From Chloroflexota bacterium (lineage in GTDB: Bacteria; Chloroflexota; Dehalococcoidia; Dehalococcoidales; RBG-16-60-22): a stretch of DNA of 56,552 nucleotides. The stretch lies in assembly GCA_043818095.1 (NCBI GenBank), contig JBDRGD010000005.1, positions 1-56,552 on the forward strand. The letters run 5' to 3'. Positions 24,834 through 34,747 of this stretch are shown here, one piece after another. The notes beneath the pieces were generated by a model. The model saw only the letters and a program-made list of their open reading frames with translations, made no database searches and had not been told where the DNA came from. Both the position numbers and the translations under genes were made by a program. How positions within the stretch are numbered: the first letter of the stretch is position 1; each line of letters opens with the position of its first letter.

Positions 24834-25952
24834 TTACTGGCACTCCTGGGGAAGTATAGTACGCCGCCCGTTATAACGCCCGGTATCATACTGGGTTTCC
24901 ACGTTCACCCGGCTCAACTTGCCCTCGAGAGAGGACAGCGGGCAGGCGGTAATCCGGCCGCTTTTCAGGCAGACCAGCTTCCCGAAATTCTCATTCACGA
25001 TCAGGTCTACGGCGGCGATGCCGAAATGCCGCCCCATCCGGCGGTCATAAGCTGACGGCGCCCCGCCGCGCTGCAAATGGCTCAGCACCACGCTGCGCGA
25101 TTCCAGCCCGGTGCCCTTGTGAATCTGCTCCGAGACGAATTCGGCCACCCCGCCCAGCGCCTTATGCCCGAAGCTGTCCTGCCCTGCCCTCTTGACGAAC
25201 TCGGTGCCCCCCTGCGGCTTGGCACCCTCCGCCGCCAGCACTATCTCGTACCGCGCGCCGGAACGCCGCCCCTCCGCCACAACCTCGTTTATCCTGTCCA
25301 TGGAAAAATCATGCTCCGGGATGAGAATGATAAACGCGGCACATGCCTCGCCGCCTTCCAGAGCCAGCCATCCTGCGGACCGCCCCATGGTCTCTACCAC
25401 GAAGATACGCTTGTGGGAGCCCGCCGTCGTGCGCAGGCGGTCCACCTCCTCGGTGACCACATTCAGTGCCGTGTCGAAGCCCAACGTGTATTCGGTCACC
25501 GGCAAATCTTTATCGATTGTCTTAGGGATGCCGATGACGTTGACCCCGTCTTTCGCGAGGCGGGTGGCAATCGCCAGGCTGCCGTCCCCACCCAGCACCA
25601 CCAGCGCGTCCAGTCCCAGTTTCTTGATATTACTGATAACCTGCGCGGAGGTATCCTTCTTGGGGTCGTATGGGCTCAGGCGGGAGGTGCCCAGGAAGGT
25701 CCCGCCGTAGCGGTCCCAGGTGCGTACCTTGTCCTCGTCCAGCGGGACGATGTGGCCCTCGATGTCCGCCTGGTCCGGGTCCACCAGCACCAGCCCCCGG
25801 AAACCGTCCCGGATGCCCAGCACCTCGAAGTGGACGTTCCGTTCCTCCTCCAGGCGCTCGTCCAGCGCCGTCTTCACCACCCACTTGATTGCGGGATTCA
25901 GTCCGGCGCAGTCACCGCCGCTGGTCAGAATACCGATTCGACGCTTTGGCAT
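24834..25952 (-). CDS. pfkA: 6-phosphofructokinase (PfkA family; ATP or PPi dependence not resolved)
   Basis: RIGILTSGGDCAGLN, GGDGS, TIDKDL, MGR..G motifs. Confidence 0.9.
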   Translation of the reverse strand: MPKRRIGILTSGGDCAGLNPAIKWVVKTALDERLEEERNVHFEVLGIRDGFRGLVLVDPDQADIEGHIVPLDEDKVRTWDRYGGTFLGTSRLSPYDPKKDTSAQVISNIKKLGLDALVVLGGDGSLAIATRLAKDGVNVIGIPKTIDKDLPVTEYTLGFDTALNVVTEEVDRLRTTAGSHKRIFVVETMGRSAGWLALEGGEACAAFIILIPEHDFSMDRINEVVAEGRRSGARYEIVLAAEGAKPQGGTEFVKRAGQDSFGHKALGGVAEFVSEQIHKGTGLESRSVVLSHLQRGGAPSAYDRRMGRHFGIAAVDLIVNENFGKLVCLKSGRITACPLSSLEGKLSRVNVETQYDTGRYNGRRTILPQECQ

Positions 25953-25978
25953 AATCGCACCACCACCAATTTATCCCA

Positions 25979-26007
25979 ATTGTAAAAGGAGACACCCGGC
26001 TTGTCAA
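25979..26007 (-). promoter_or_regulatory. Sigma70-like promoter for pfk
   Basis: Reverse strand TTGACA-17 nt-TACAAT. The -35 is embedded in the palindrome GTCAA-CA-TTGAC. Confidence 0.5.
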
Positions 26008-26022
26008 TGTTGACCGCGGCGC

Positions 26023-27432
26023 TTATCTCCGCTTGTCCAGCTTGTGCCATGAATGGAAACTGACGATGCTGTCCCGGTCCAGCGTCGCTTCCCGCAGCAT
26101 CCGTACCGCCTTCAGGTGGTCGGCCAGCCGGTCCGGCATCAGGAAGTGCTCCCGCACGTATTCCCGGCCCCGCCGCCCCATCAGGTCCGCGGCCTGCGGG
26201 TTGGTCAGCAGGTAAATCACCTTTTCGGCGCTTTCACGGGGGTTGCTGTAAAAATAGCCATACTCGCCGTCACGGAGCTGGAGAGAGATGCCCCCGATGG
26301 GGCTGGCGACCACCGGCTTATGTTTCCACAACGCCTCGGTCACCGTGAGGCCGAAACCCTCCCGGGTGGAGGGCTGGAGGATGACCCGGCTCGCCCGCTG
26401 GATGGCGTTGATGGTCAGCGCCGCGGTCGGCGGCAGATTCAGGATGTGCACCATGGGGTCTTTCTTCACTTTCTGGCGCACCTCGTGCAGGACGACCGCT
26501 CCCTCCGGGTCATCGGCCGCGGTACCCCCCGCCAGCACCAGCTGACAGGGCACGCTCTGCCGGACCATCTGGTAGACCTCGATGGTGCTGGTGATGCCCT
26601 TCCAGGGGTCGAAGCGCCCTATCTGGGAAATTATCGGCACCGCCGGGTCAATCTCGTGTTCTGCCAGGACGGAGAGTATTTCCGCGGGTGTGAGCTCCCG
26701 GTTTTTCTCCGAAAGCGGGTCAATAAACGGCGGCACGATAAACTTGGGGAGGGGCCAGCGGCAGATGATATACTGCGCGGCGGAAAACATGGCGCCGTCG
26801 TAGCTTTCCAGCCAGTAGTCCATGAAACGCTCCAGGTCCGCGTTAGCGCGCAGGGTTTCCTCGTCCATATCGATATGGCAGCGCCAGAGCCACTTCACGT
26901 CCCGGGTCTGCCGGGAGCGCAGCCCCGCCGCCAGACCCATGGGCTGCGGGTCATGAACGATGACCACGTCCGGCTCGGAATCGAGGATGTTTCCGTGACC
27001 GTTCCCCCCGAGCGTCTCGAAATAGATCCGCTCCATGTCCGCGGTAAAACAGCCGCCTTTCCCCTGGAGCATATTGTGAATGCACTTGGTCACCTCGAAG
27101 AAGGGGCCGGACCCGTGGATTATCCGCCACTCGTCGTCCACTCCCAGCCGATTGAGAAACGGCACGCTGGAGAGGAACATCTCCGCCACCCCGCCGCCCA
27201 GGGACGTGGAGTTCAGCTCCAATATCCTGACCCCCTGCACGGCCTCCGCGGCCCGGTACAATCGCTCCATCTTCGCTTCGCCCACCAGCGGCGTGTAGTC
27301 CGCCACCGGCGCGCTGCCGAAGGGGAGCGTTTCCGGGCAGATACCTTTCCGCCGACTGTAAACGACGCCGTCCGCCCGGAGGGGCGGGGGCGCTGCTGCA
27401 GCCGGAGGCTGCGCCACTTTATTTTGCTGCAA
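26023..27432 (-). CDS. GT4 glycosyltransferase, trehalose-synthase (TreT)-like
   Basis: RILELNSTSLGGGVAEM N-terminal region, C-terminal GT1 domain (STREGFGLTVTEALWKHKPVV). Exact start uncertain. Confidence 0.78.
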   Translation of the reverse strand: MQQNKVAQPPAAAAPPPLRADGVVYSRRKGICPETLPFGSAPVADYTPLVGEAKMERLYRAAEAVQGVRILELNSTSLGGGVAEMFLSSVPFLNRLGVDDEWRIIHGSGPFFEVTKCIHNMLQGKGGCFTADMERIYFETLGGNGHGNILDSEPDVVIVHDPQPMGLAAGLRSRQTRDVKWLWRCHIDMDEETLRANADLERFMDYWLESYDGAMFSAAQYIICRWPLPKFIVPPFIDPLSEKNRELTPAEILSVLAEHEIDPAVPIISQIGRFDPWKGITSTIEVYQMVRQSVPCQLVLAGGTAADDPEGAVVLHEVRQKVKKDPMVHILNLPPTAALTINAIQRASRVILQPSTREGFGLTVTEALWKHKPVVASPIGGISLQLRDGEYGYFYSNPRESAEKVIYLLTNPQAADLMGRRGREYVREHFLMPDRLADHLKAVRMLREATLDRDSIVSFHSWHKLDKRR

Positions 27433-27571
27433 TTCTGTCCTCGCATGTGCCGGAGGCGCCCGGCAAATCTGATGACCCGTTATAACAATTTAGCCGGGAG
27501 AGCCGCGGACGACAACAGGGTGGGCAGGTAAATAAAGTCCGTGGCAACCCCCAAGTTACTCATGTCCCCGT

Positions 27572-27601
27572 TTGACAATCGGCGCGTAACCCCGCTAGAA
27601 T
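27572..27601 (+). promoter_or_regulatory. Sigma70-like promoter upstream of hbd
   Basis: TTGACA-18 nt-TAGAAT. Confidence 0.45.
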
Positions 27602-27713
27602 GCTACGGAGCTTGACGGATGCTGCATTTCACGAGTTCTGACACCGTTCCCCATTTAAAGGCTTTTCTCCGCACCGTCCGACCGCGCCCATTACCGAGAT
27701 AAGGAGGCGTACC

Positions 27714-28595
27714 ATGAAGTTCGAGGACATTAAAACGGTCAGCGTTTTCGGCGCCGGGCTGATGGGCAACGGGATTGCCCAGATCTGCGCCCTCCAGGGC
27801 TACCGTGTCTTCATGAGGGACATGAAGGAGGAGTTCACCCGCTCCGGGATGGAAGCCATTAAAAAAAGCCTGGGAAAAGCTCAGGAACGAAGCATCATTA
27901 CCGGAGACCAGGCCAAACAGGCCCTGGCGCTGATTACCCCCACCACCGACATGGAGAAGGCGGCGAAATCCGCCGATATCCTCGTCGAGGCCATCCCCGA
28001 GAAGCTGGAGATGAAAAAGGAGTTCTACCGCCAGGTGGACCCCCTCGCCCCGCCGGAGGCCATCTTCGCCTCCAATACCTCCACCCTGGGCATCACGGAG
28101 CTGGCGGCGGCGACCGGCCGGCCGGAAAAGTTCATCGGCATGCATTTCTTCAACCCGGTGCCGCTGATGAAGCTCGTGGAGATTATCCGCGGGCTTTCCA
28201 CCTCGGACGAAACGGTGTCGGTCGCCGAAAAACTGGCGGTCAAGGTGGGCAAGGACCCCGTCATCGTCCGGGACGCCCCCGGCTTTATCACCAGCCGCCT
28301 CGGTATGGCGCTCTACCTGGAAGCCAGCAAAGTCCTCGAAGCGGGCATCGCCACGCCGGACGCTATCGACAAGGGGATGCGGCTGGGCTACGGCTACCGC
28401 ATGGGCCCCTTCGAGACCTGCGACCTCGTCGGGCTGGACGCCCGCCTGAATAATATCAACGCCATGTGGGAAAGCACCCGCGACCCCTTCTGGAGACCGC
28501 CCCAGCTCCTGCGGCAGCTGGTCACGGCGGGGTACCTGGGGAAAAAGCCGGGCAGCAAGGGCGGGTACTACACCTATTTCGGAGTAGAAACGTAA
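27714..28595 (+). CDS. hbd: 3-hydroxyacyl/3-hydroxybutyryl-CoA dehydrogenase
   Basis: VFGAGLMGNGIAQ NAD loop, HFFNPVP motif. Confidence 0.92.
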   Translation: MKFEDIKTVSVFGAGLMGNGIAQICALQGYRVFMRDMKEEFTRSGMEAIKKSLGKAQERSIITGDQAKQALALITPTTDMEKAAKSADILVEAIPEKLEMKKEFYRQVDPLAPPEAIFASNTSTLGITELAAATGRPEKFIGMHFFNPVPLMKLVEIIRGLSTSDETVSVAEKLAVKVGKDPVIVRDAPGFITSRLGMALYLEASKVLEAGIATPDAIDKGMRLGYGYRMGPFETCDLVGLDARLNNINAMWESTRDPFWRPPQLLRQLVTAGYLGKKPGSKGGYYTYFGVET

Positions 28596-28630
28596 TCGGG
28601 AACGGTATCAACCGTTCATAAGGAGGCAAA

Positions 28631-29869
28631 ATGACGGAAGCGGTATTTGTCAGCGCCGTGCGCACACCCATCGGTAACTTCGGTGGCTCCCTGAAGGACA
28701 TCCCCGCCTATGACCTCGCCGCCCTGGTGCTCAACGAGTTAATTAAAAAAGTCGGCCTGTCCGCCGAGCAGATAGAGATGGTCCTCCTGGGCCAGAACTA
28801 CCAGAACGGGGAATACGTCAACATCGCCCGCATGGCGCTGCTGACCGCCGGGTGGCCCGTGGAGATTCCGGGCCTGACGATTGACCGGCGCTGTCCCAGC
28901 GGCCTGGACGCCCTCTGCCTGGCGAACACGCTGGTGGAAAGCGGGCAGGTAAGCACCATCGTCGCCGGCGGCGTCGAGAGCATGAGCACGTCTGAACTCT
29001 ACCTTCCCGGTGATATCCGCTGGGGCCTGGGCGGCAGCGGTGACGCCCCCCGCGGCCACGGCAGCCTCGCCACCTGGGGGGTCCCGCTCTACGACCGCGT
29101 GCAGCGCGGTCGGGTCATGTCCCAGCCCTCGGGACGCTTCGGCGTGCTGCCCTCCATGATGTCCTGGGCGGAAACCGCCGCCAAAGAACACAATCTTTCC
29201 CGGGAAGAGGTGGACCGCTGGGCGCTCGCTTCCAACCAGCGCGCCTGCGCCGCGATGGACTCCGGCAAGTTCGATAATGAAATTGTCCCGGTGCCTATCC
29301 CGCAGCGCAAAGGCGACCCGGTAATGTTCACTAAAGACGAGCGCCCCCGCGCCGATACCAGCCTGGAAGCGCTGGGCAAACTCCGCCCGGTCATGGACGG
29401 CGTCTGTACCGCGGGCAACTCCTCCGGCGAGAATGACGGCGCCTCCGTCTGCCTGCTGATGACCCGCGCCCGCGCGGAAGAGCTGAAGGTCAAGCCCCTG
29501 GCGCGCCTGCGCAGCTTCGCCTTCGGCGGGGCGGACCCGCGCTACGCCTGGAAAGCCGCCACCATCGCCGTGCAGAAGGCCCTGGCGAAAGCCGGGCTCA
29601 CCCTCGACCAGATAGATTTGATTGAAATCCACGAGGCCTTCGCCGCCCAGGCACTGGCGAACTTCCGGGAGCTGGGCATCGCGGAAAAGGACTACGACAA
29701 GGTGAACGTCAACGGCTCCTGCGTCTCCCTGGGACACCCGCTGGGGGCCACCGGCGCCCGGATTACCACCACCCTGCTCAACGAGATGCAGCGCCGCCAC
29801 GCCCGTTACGGACTCATCGGCATCTGCGGCGGCGGCATGGGCATCGGCGCTATCCTGGAAAGCGTGTAG
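28631..29869 (+). CDS. Acetyl-CoA C-acetyltransferase (thiolase II)
   Basis: 412 aa with a thiolase N/C domain pattern (NGSCVSLGHPLGATGAR, GLIGICGGGGMG-like end). Confidence 0.94.
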   Translation: MTEAVFVSAVRTPIGNFGGSLKDIPAYDLAALVLNELIKKVGLSAEQIEMVLLGQNYQNGEYVNIARMALLTAGWPVEIPGLTIDRRCPSGLDALCLANTLVESGQVSTIVAGGVESMSTSELYLPGDIRWGLGGSGDAPRGHGSLATWGVPLYDRVQRGRVMSQPSGRFGVLPSMMSWAETAAKEHNLSREEVDRWALASNQRACAAMDSGKFDNEIVPVPIPQRKGDPVMFTKDERPRADTSLEALGKLRPVMDGVCTAGNSSGENDGASVCLLMTRARAEELKVKPLARLRSFAFGGADPRYAWKAATIAVQKALAKAGLTLDQIDLIEIHEAFAAQALANFRELGIAEKDYDKVNVNGSCVSLGHPLGATGARITTTLLNEMQRRHARYGLIGICGGGMGIGAILESV

Positions 29870-29882
29870 CTGTCCGGGAAAA

Positions 29883-30242
29883 TCAGTCCAGGGTGACGAT
29901 TATCACCTGGCGCAGCCCGTCCGCAGTGCTGCGGCTGATGTGCCCCCGTCCCGTGGTGTCCTCCGCCAGCAGGATATCTCCGGGTTTCAACGCCTGTTTG
30001 GTGCCGTCGCCCATCTCTATTTCCCACTCCCCCTGCACCGTGATGACAAACTGCCGCCGCGGCGCGTTATGCCGGGGGTATTCGTAAGGGCCGTCACTCT
30101 CCCTGACGGCAACCCCGGTGGCTTTCATCAGCGCCCACTGGCGTGCCTTCCCGCTATGGCTCTCCAGGAAGTTAACCGACATTTCCCCGATGTGGGACTC
30201 GCCGTCGGGCCCGGTATAAAGACGGATAATCTTGCTCTCCAT
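29883..30242 (-). CDS. Cupin-domain protein
   Basis: 119 aa small beta-barrel pattern (PRHNAPRRQFVITVQGEWEIEMGDG...PGDILLAEDTTGRGH). Confidence 0.65.
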   Translation of the reverse strand: MESKIIRLYTGPDGESHIGEMSVNFLESHSGKARQWALMKATGVAVRESDGPYEYPRHNAPRRQFVITVQGEWEIEMGDGTKQALKPGDILLAEDTTGRGHISRSTADGLRQVIIVTLD

Positions 30243-30316
30243 AACCGCTCCTTCTCGTAAGATAGCCCGGTGATACCCCGCCGTGGCCCTATTCTAGGCG
30301 AGCCCGGCCCGTTCCG

Positions 30317-30949
30317 TCAAGCTCGGCTATCCGATTTTTTCTGCGCTCCGCCCCTCAACCGGCGGAGAACACGGCGGCTCACCGGCAGGCGCACCAGCAG
30401 CAGGACGGCCACCAGCACCACGCTCGCCAGCGGCAGGCGCAGGTCCAGTTTTGCCTGCCAGACGAAGTGCGTCACCGCCAGCAGGGACGCGGCATACACC
30501 AGGTAATGCAGCCGCCGCCAGCGCGGTCCCAGGCGTTCCCTCCACCCGCGGGTAGAGGTAACCGCCACCGGCAGGAGGCAGAGATAAGCCGCCAGCCCGA
30601 CCAGGGCATAACGCTTTTCCAGGATGTCCGCCCGGAGGAAGGTCAGGTTGAACTGGTAGTCCACGCCGAGGAAATTAAAGAGGTGCAGGGTGGCATACCC
30701 GAAAGCGTAAAGCCCGGTAAGACGGCGCAGCCGCCCCCACCAGTTTCCCCCGAAGAGGGAACGCAGCGGGGTGCTTGCCAGGGAAATCACCAGCAGCGCC
30801 AGGGCGTACCGGCCGGTGCGGAGTTGAATATCACGTATGGGGTCGGCGCTCAGGTCACCGAAGAGCAGGTCCCGGAGAAGCCATGCCAGCGGCAGCAGCG
30901 CCAGGAGATGCGGCAGGTAAAGCGCGCCCCTTTTCCTCAACCACGACAT
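30317..30949 (-). CDS. msrQ: Protein-methionine-sulfoxide reductase heme-binding subunit MsrQ (YedZ-like)
   Basis: 210 aa, six-helix ferric-reductase-like membrane protein. 1-nt ATGA overlap with msrP. Confidence 0.82.
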   Translation of the reverse strand: MSWLRKRGALYLPHLLALLPLAWLLRDLLFGDLSADPIRDIQLRTGRYALALLVISLASTPLRSLFGGNWWGRLRRLTGLYAFGYATLHLFNFLGVDYQFNLTFLRADILEKRYALVGLAAYLCLLPVAVTSTRGWRERLGPRWRRLHYLVYAASLLAVTHFVWQAKLDLRLPLASVVLVAVLLLVRLPVSRRVLRRLRGGAQKKSDSRA

Positions 30950-31878
30950 CAGAAAAACTTGCGCAGGTCCATGCCCTGGTAGAGAGACGCCACCTCATCG
31001 GCATAGCCGTTGAAGAGCAGCGTGGGACGGCGGGACAGCTCGCCGATCCGCCGCTCGCTCGACTGCGACCAGCGCGGATGGGGCACATCCGGGTTGACGT
31101 TGGCGTAGAAGCCGTACTCGTTCGGCGCCGCGGACATCCAGGCGGTGGCCGGCATCTCCTCCACCAGGTCGATTTTCACGATGGACTTGATGCCCTTGAA
31201 GCCGTATTTCCAGGGCACGACCAGGCGGAGGGGGGCGCCGTTCTGCGGTAAAATCGCCTTGCCGTAAATACCGCTCGCCAGAATCGTCAGTTCATGCATT
31301 GCCTCGTCCAGGCGCAGTCCCTCCATGTAGGGCCAGTCCAGGATGTCCATTCTCTGCCCGTGCATCTGCTCCGGGTCATAGAGCGTCTTGAAGCCAACAT
31401 ACTTCGCCGCGCCCAGAGGCTCGACCTCCTTCAGCAGTTTCCCCAGGGAAAAGCCGTCCCAGGGAATGACCATGGACCATCCTTCCACGCAGCGCATGCG
31501 GTATATCCGTTCCTCCGCCGGGAATTTCCGCAGCAGGTCCTCGATGGCGAACGTCTGGGGTTTCTGTACCAGCCCCCCTACCTCCACCGTCCATGGTGTC
31601 GTCTTGAAATTCTTGGCGATACTGCCGATGCCTTCCTTGGCCAGAGAGAACTCGTAATAGTTATTGTAGCTGATAATGTCGTCGTAAGTCGTTAGCTCGT
31701 CCTCCGGTCCCGGGGACGCCGTGCCGCCGTTTTCGCCCGGCGCCGGGTTAATCCCCGTGGCCCGGCAGGCACTCGCCACCAGCCCTCCGGCCACCGCTGT
31801 CCCCACCCCGGCCAGGAACTTGCGCCGGGAAAGATAAAGTCGTTCCGGCGTGATTCCCGACGAAGGTATCTTCTTCAT
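30949..31878 (-). CDS. msrP: Molybdopterin-dependent protein-methionine-sulfoxide reductase MsrP (YedY-like)
   Basis: Twin-arginine signal ([16 protein letters not shown]), sulfite-oxidase-family Moco domain (RMRCVEGWS). Confidence 0.9.
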   Translation of the reverse strand: MKKIPSSGITPERLYLSRRKFLAGVGTAVAGGLVASACRATGINPAPGENGGTASPGPEDELTTYDDIISYNNYYEFSLAKEGIGSIAKNFKTTPWTVEVGGLVQKPQTFAIEDLLRKFPAEERIYRMRCVEGWSMVIPWDGFSLGKLLKEVEPLGAAKYVGFKTLYDPEQMHGQRMDILDWPYMEGLRLDEAMHELTILASGIYGKAILPQNGAPLRLVVPWKYGFKGIKSIVKIDLVEEMPATAWMSAAPNEYGFYANVNPDVPHPRWSQSSERRIGELSRRPTLLFNGYADEVASLYQGMDLRKFF

Positions 31879-32121
31879 TTCCGATTACCTCCCCACACCA
31901 CGGTATATTTTCATTGTAAAGCGCAAGCGGTGAGAAAACAACTTTTTCGCGAAACAGCTCAGGGGCGTGGAAGGAAGGCCTGACCGTAGGGACCACCTCG
32001 CCGGACCTTCCGTGATTCTCCTGCTTTATCTCTGAATAGACAGGTGGTAACATGGAGGTATAGTTGCAGGACCGCAGCTGTTTCCCTGGCGCCCCGATGA
32101 CCGGGGAACGATGACAGGAGG

Positions 32122-33357
32122 ATGATGGATACTGCGGCGGAGATATATCAGGTCCAGCCGTCCTACCGGCGCTTCGACCAGAAGTATAATCTGACCCGCC
32201 AGAGCCTGTGGAACCCGCAGGTAATCGAGCTCCGGCGGGTGCAGCAGGAGAACCTGGAAAAGCACATCAATACCCGCCGTCCCGGTTATTATCTCCGGGA
32301 CTGGGCGTTCTTCGCCGGGGCTACCGCCAACATGAACAACACCGGCTTCAGTATCAACTCGCCCAACCAGCGGGGGAATTCCTGGCAGCCGATTTCCCGG
32401 CTGAAGAAGCCCACGGCCATGATGGCCCCGTCCGAGAACTACGGCCGGCTCGATGTCGACCCGGCGGAAGCGTCCCTGCTGGTGAAAAAGATGAGCCGGC
32501 GCTTCGGGGCGGACGAGGTGGGTATCTGTCTTCTCGACCGGAAGTGGGTCTATTCCCACTGGTTCGACGAAGAAACCCGGGAACATTATCCCATCAGGTT
32601 TTCCGACGAGCCGGGTTACGAGGAGTACGAGGAACCGGTACAGCTCGAGGACCGCACCCAGGTCATCCCGGCAAAAATGAAATACGCCATCGTCCTTATC
32701 CATGAGATGGACGAGCGCGGCATGGCGACGGCGCCCACGCTGACGCAGAGCGCCACGACGCTGACCACCTATTCCCAGATATCCTTTACCACGGTCATGC
32801 TGGCGGAGTTTATCCGCGGCCTGGGCTACCACGCCATTCCCAGCGCCAACGATACCGCCATCAGCATTCCCATGGCTATCGATGCCGGTCTCGGTGAGCT
32901 TGCCCGTAACGCCAAGCTGGTAACTCCCCGTTTCGGTCCCCGCTGCCGCGTCTCCAAGGTCATCACCGACCTGCCCCTCCTGCCCGGAAAGCCCCGGCTC
33001 TGGGGGGTGACCGAGTTCTGTGAGAGCTGCGGGAAGTGCGCCCGGGAATGCCCGCCGGGGGCGATACCCACGGGGGAACGCAGCTTCGAACCGGTGGGCG
33101 ATTTCAACAGCCGCGGCGTCCTCGTCTGGCAGCTCGACCATCTGAGCTGCCACGGGTACTGGGCCAAGGTAGGCACGAACTGCGGCATCTGCATCCGGGT
33201 GTGCCCCTTTAACAAGTCGCACCATCCCGCGCACGGCCTTGTCCGCGGCATTATCCGGATGAGGCAGCGCCCGCTTGACCGCCTGCTGGCGAGAGCGGAT
33301 GACTGGTTCGGCTACGGCAAATTCCGGGACCCGGAGACTTTCTGGGCGGCAAGGTGA
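32122..33357 (+). CDS. Reductive dehalogenase (RdhA) family homologue, no TAT signal
   Basis: 411 aa with two C-terminal ferredoxin motifs, CESCGKCARECPPGAI and CGICIRVCPFNK. RdhA-like core (IPSANDTAISIPMAIDAGLGELARNAKLVTPRFGPR). N-terminus lacks RRxFLK. Confidence 0.78.
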   Translation: MMDTAAEIYQVQPSYRRFDQKYNLTRQSLWNPQVIELRRVQQENLEKHINTRRPGYYLRDWAFFAGATANMNNTGFSINSPNQRGNSWQPISRLKKPTAMMAPSENYGRLDVDPAEASLLVKKMSRRFGADEVGICLLDRKWVYSHWFDEETREHYPIRFSDEPGYEEYEEPVQLEDRTQVIPAKMKYAIVLIHEMDERGMATAPTLTQSATTLTTYSQISFTTVMLAEFIRGLGYHAIPSANDTAISIPMAIDAGLGELARNAKLVTPRFGPRCRVSKVITDLPLLPGKPRLWGVTEFCESCGKCARECPPGAIPTGERSFEPVGDFNSRGVLVWQLDHLSCHGYWAKVGTNCGICIRVCPFNKSHHPAHGLVRGIIRMRQRPLDRLLARADDWFGYGKFRDPETFWAAR

Positions 33358-33373
33358 TATCCGCGAATCCCGG

Positions 33374-33402
33374 TTGACATCCCAACGTGATTTTAATATA
33401 CT
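33374..33402 (+). promoter_or_regulatory. Sigma70-like promoter upstream of the M24 peptidase gene
   Basis: TTGACA-17 nt-TATACT. Confidence 0.5.
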
Positions 33403-33473
33403 CTGCCCGGCGCGGGAGCGTCCGGCGGAACTAAGTTCAAAATCAATGCAATATCAATGAAGGAGTAAGAGAA

Positions 33474-34730
33474 ATGCCTGAATTCGGAACCATGGGAGTG
33501 GACTGGGAAGAACGCATCGATTTCGACCGCCTCCGCCGGGAGCGGTTGCAGAAGGCGCGGGACGCGATGGCCGCCGCCGGCGCGGACGTGCTCCTCGTTT
33601 TCCGGCAGGAGGACGTCCGCTATCTTACCGGCCACCGGAGCCACATGGCACCGGTAATCCCGCATAAGGGCCCGGTCGTCGTCCTCCCCAAAGACGGCGA
33701 CCCCCTGCTCTTTACCCCGGACTTCGTCCATGCCCGGATGCGCCATACCTGGCTGAAGCCGGAAAACGTCCAGGGGGGCGCCAACAACCGCTACGAAAGC
33801 ACCTTCCTGAAATGGGCGGAGGAGATTCGCGGCAAGCTCGGCAGCCTCCTCGAAGGCAGGGTCGGCATCGACCTGTGGACCCCGCCGATGGTGAAATGGA
33901 TGCCGCAGGCTTTCCCCAAGGCGGAGTTCGTCGACGGCAAGGAGATTCTCTACCAGGCGCAGATGGTCAAGACCATCGACGAAATCGAGTGCCAGCGCAC
34001 GGTCACCGCGATTACCGAGGCCGGCTTCCAGGCGCTGCTGGACAGCCTCAAGCCCGGCGTCCGGGAGTGCGAGCTGCTGGCCGTCGCCTGGCAGAAATTC
34101 ACCGAGCTGGGCAGCGAGTGGACCCAGTGCTCCAACATCGTCACCTCCGGGCCTTCCACCGCGCCCTACCGCCGCTTCACCTCGGACCGCATCATCCGCG
34201 AAGGCGACCTGGTGATTGTCGATATCGGCGCGTGCTTCAACGGCTACTGGGGGGACTTCACCCGCACCTTCGTCTGCGGCAACATCATGCCCACCAAAGA
34301 GCAGATAGCCCTGTGCCAGGAGTGCTACGATACCCTCTTCAACGCCTGCGCCCAGGCAAGAATCGGCAAGACCAACGTGGACGTGGCCAAAGTCCTCAAC
34401 GACCCCGAGACGAACCCGAACTCCCAGGGCCTTTCCAGCGGTCACGGCGCCGGCATCAGCCCCTGGGAGCCCCCGTATTTCGATATCCGGAGCATCCTGC
34501 CGCTGCCCCCCGATTCCGAAGCTATCGTCCCCTTCCAGAAGAACATGTACTTCAGCATCGAACCGTACGCGGGCCAGGAGGGCATCGGCGGCTTCCGGCT
34601 GGAAAACCAGATGCTGGTCACGGACGGCGACCCGGAGATTATCACCACCTTCCCCTTCGATGAGCGCCTGCTGAAGAAAGTCCACCCGCTGGACAAGACC
34701 ACCGGCAGGGTGTTCCGCCCGGGGAGGTAA
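33474..34730 (+). CDS. M24-family metallopeptidase (Xaa-Pro peptidase / creatinase-like)
   Basis: Creatinase-like N-terminal domain plus pita-bread fold (DLVIVDIGACFNGYWGDFTRT, HGAGIS, FSIEPY). Confidence 0.9.
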   Translation: MPEFGTMGVDWEERIDFDRLRRERLQKARDAMAAAGADVLLVFRQEDVRYLTGHRSHMAPVIPHKGPVVVLPKDGDPLLFTPDFVHARMRHTWLKPENVQGGANNRYESTFLKWAEEIRGKLGSLLEGRVGIDLWTPPMVKWMPQAFPKAEFVDGKEILYQAQMVKTIDEIECQRTVTAITEAGFQALLDSLKPGVRECELLAVAWQKFTELGSEWTQCSNIVTSGPSTAPYRRFTSDRIIREGDLVIVDIGACFNGYWGDFTRTFVCGNIMPTKEQIALCQECYDTLFNACAQARIGKTNVDVAKVLNDPETNPNSQGLSSGHGAGISPWEPPYFDIRSILPLPPDSEAIVPFQKNMYFSIEPYAGQEGIGGFRLENQMLVTDGDPEIITTFPFDERLLKKVHPLDKTTGRVFRPGR

Positions 34731-34747
34731 CAGCTTATGCCGTCAGA

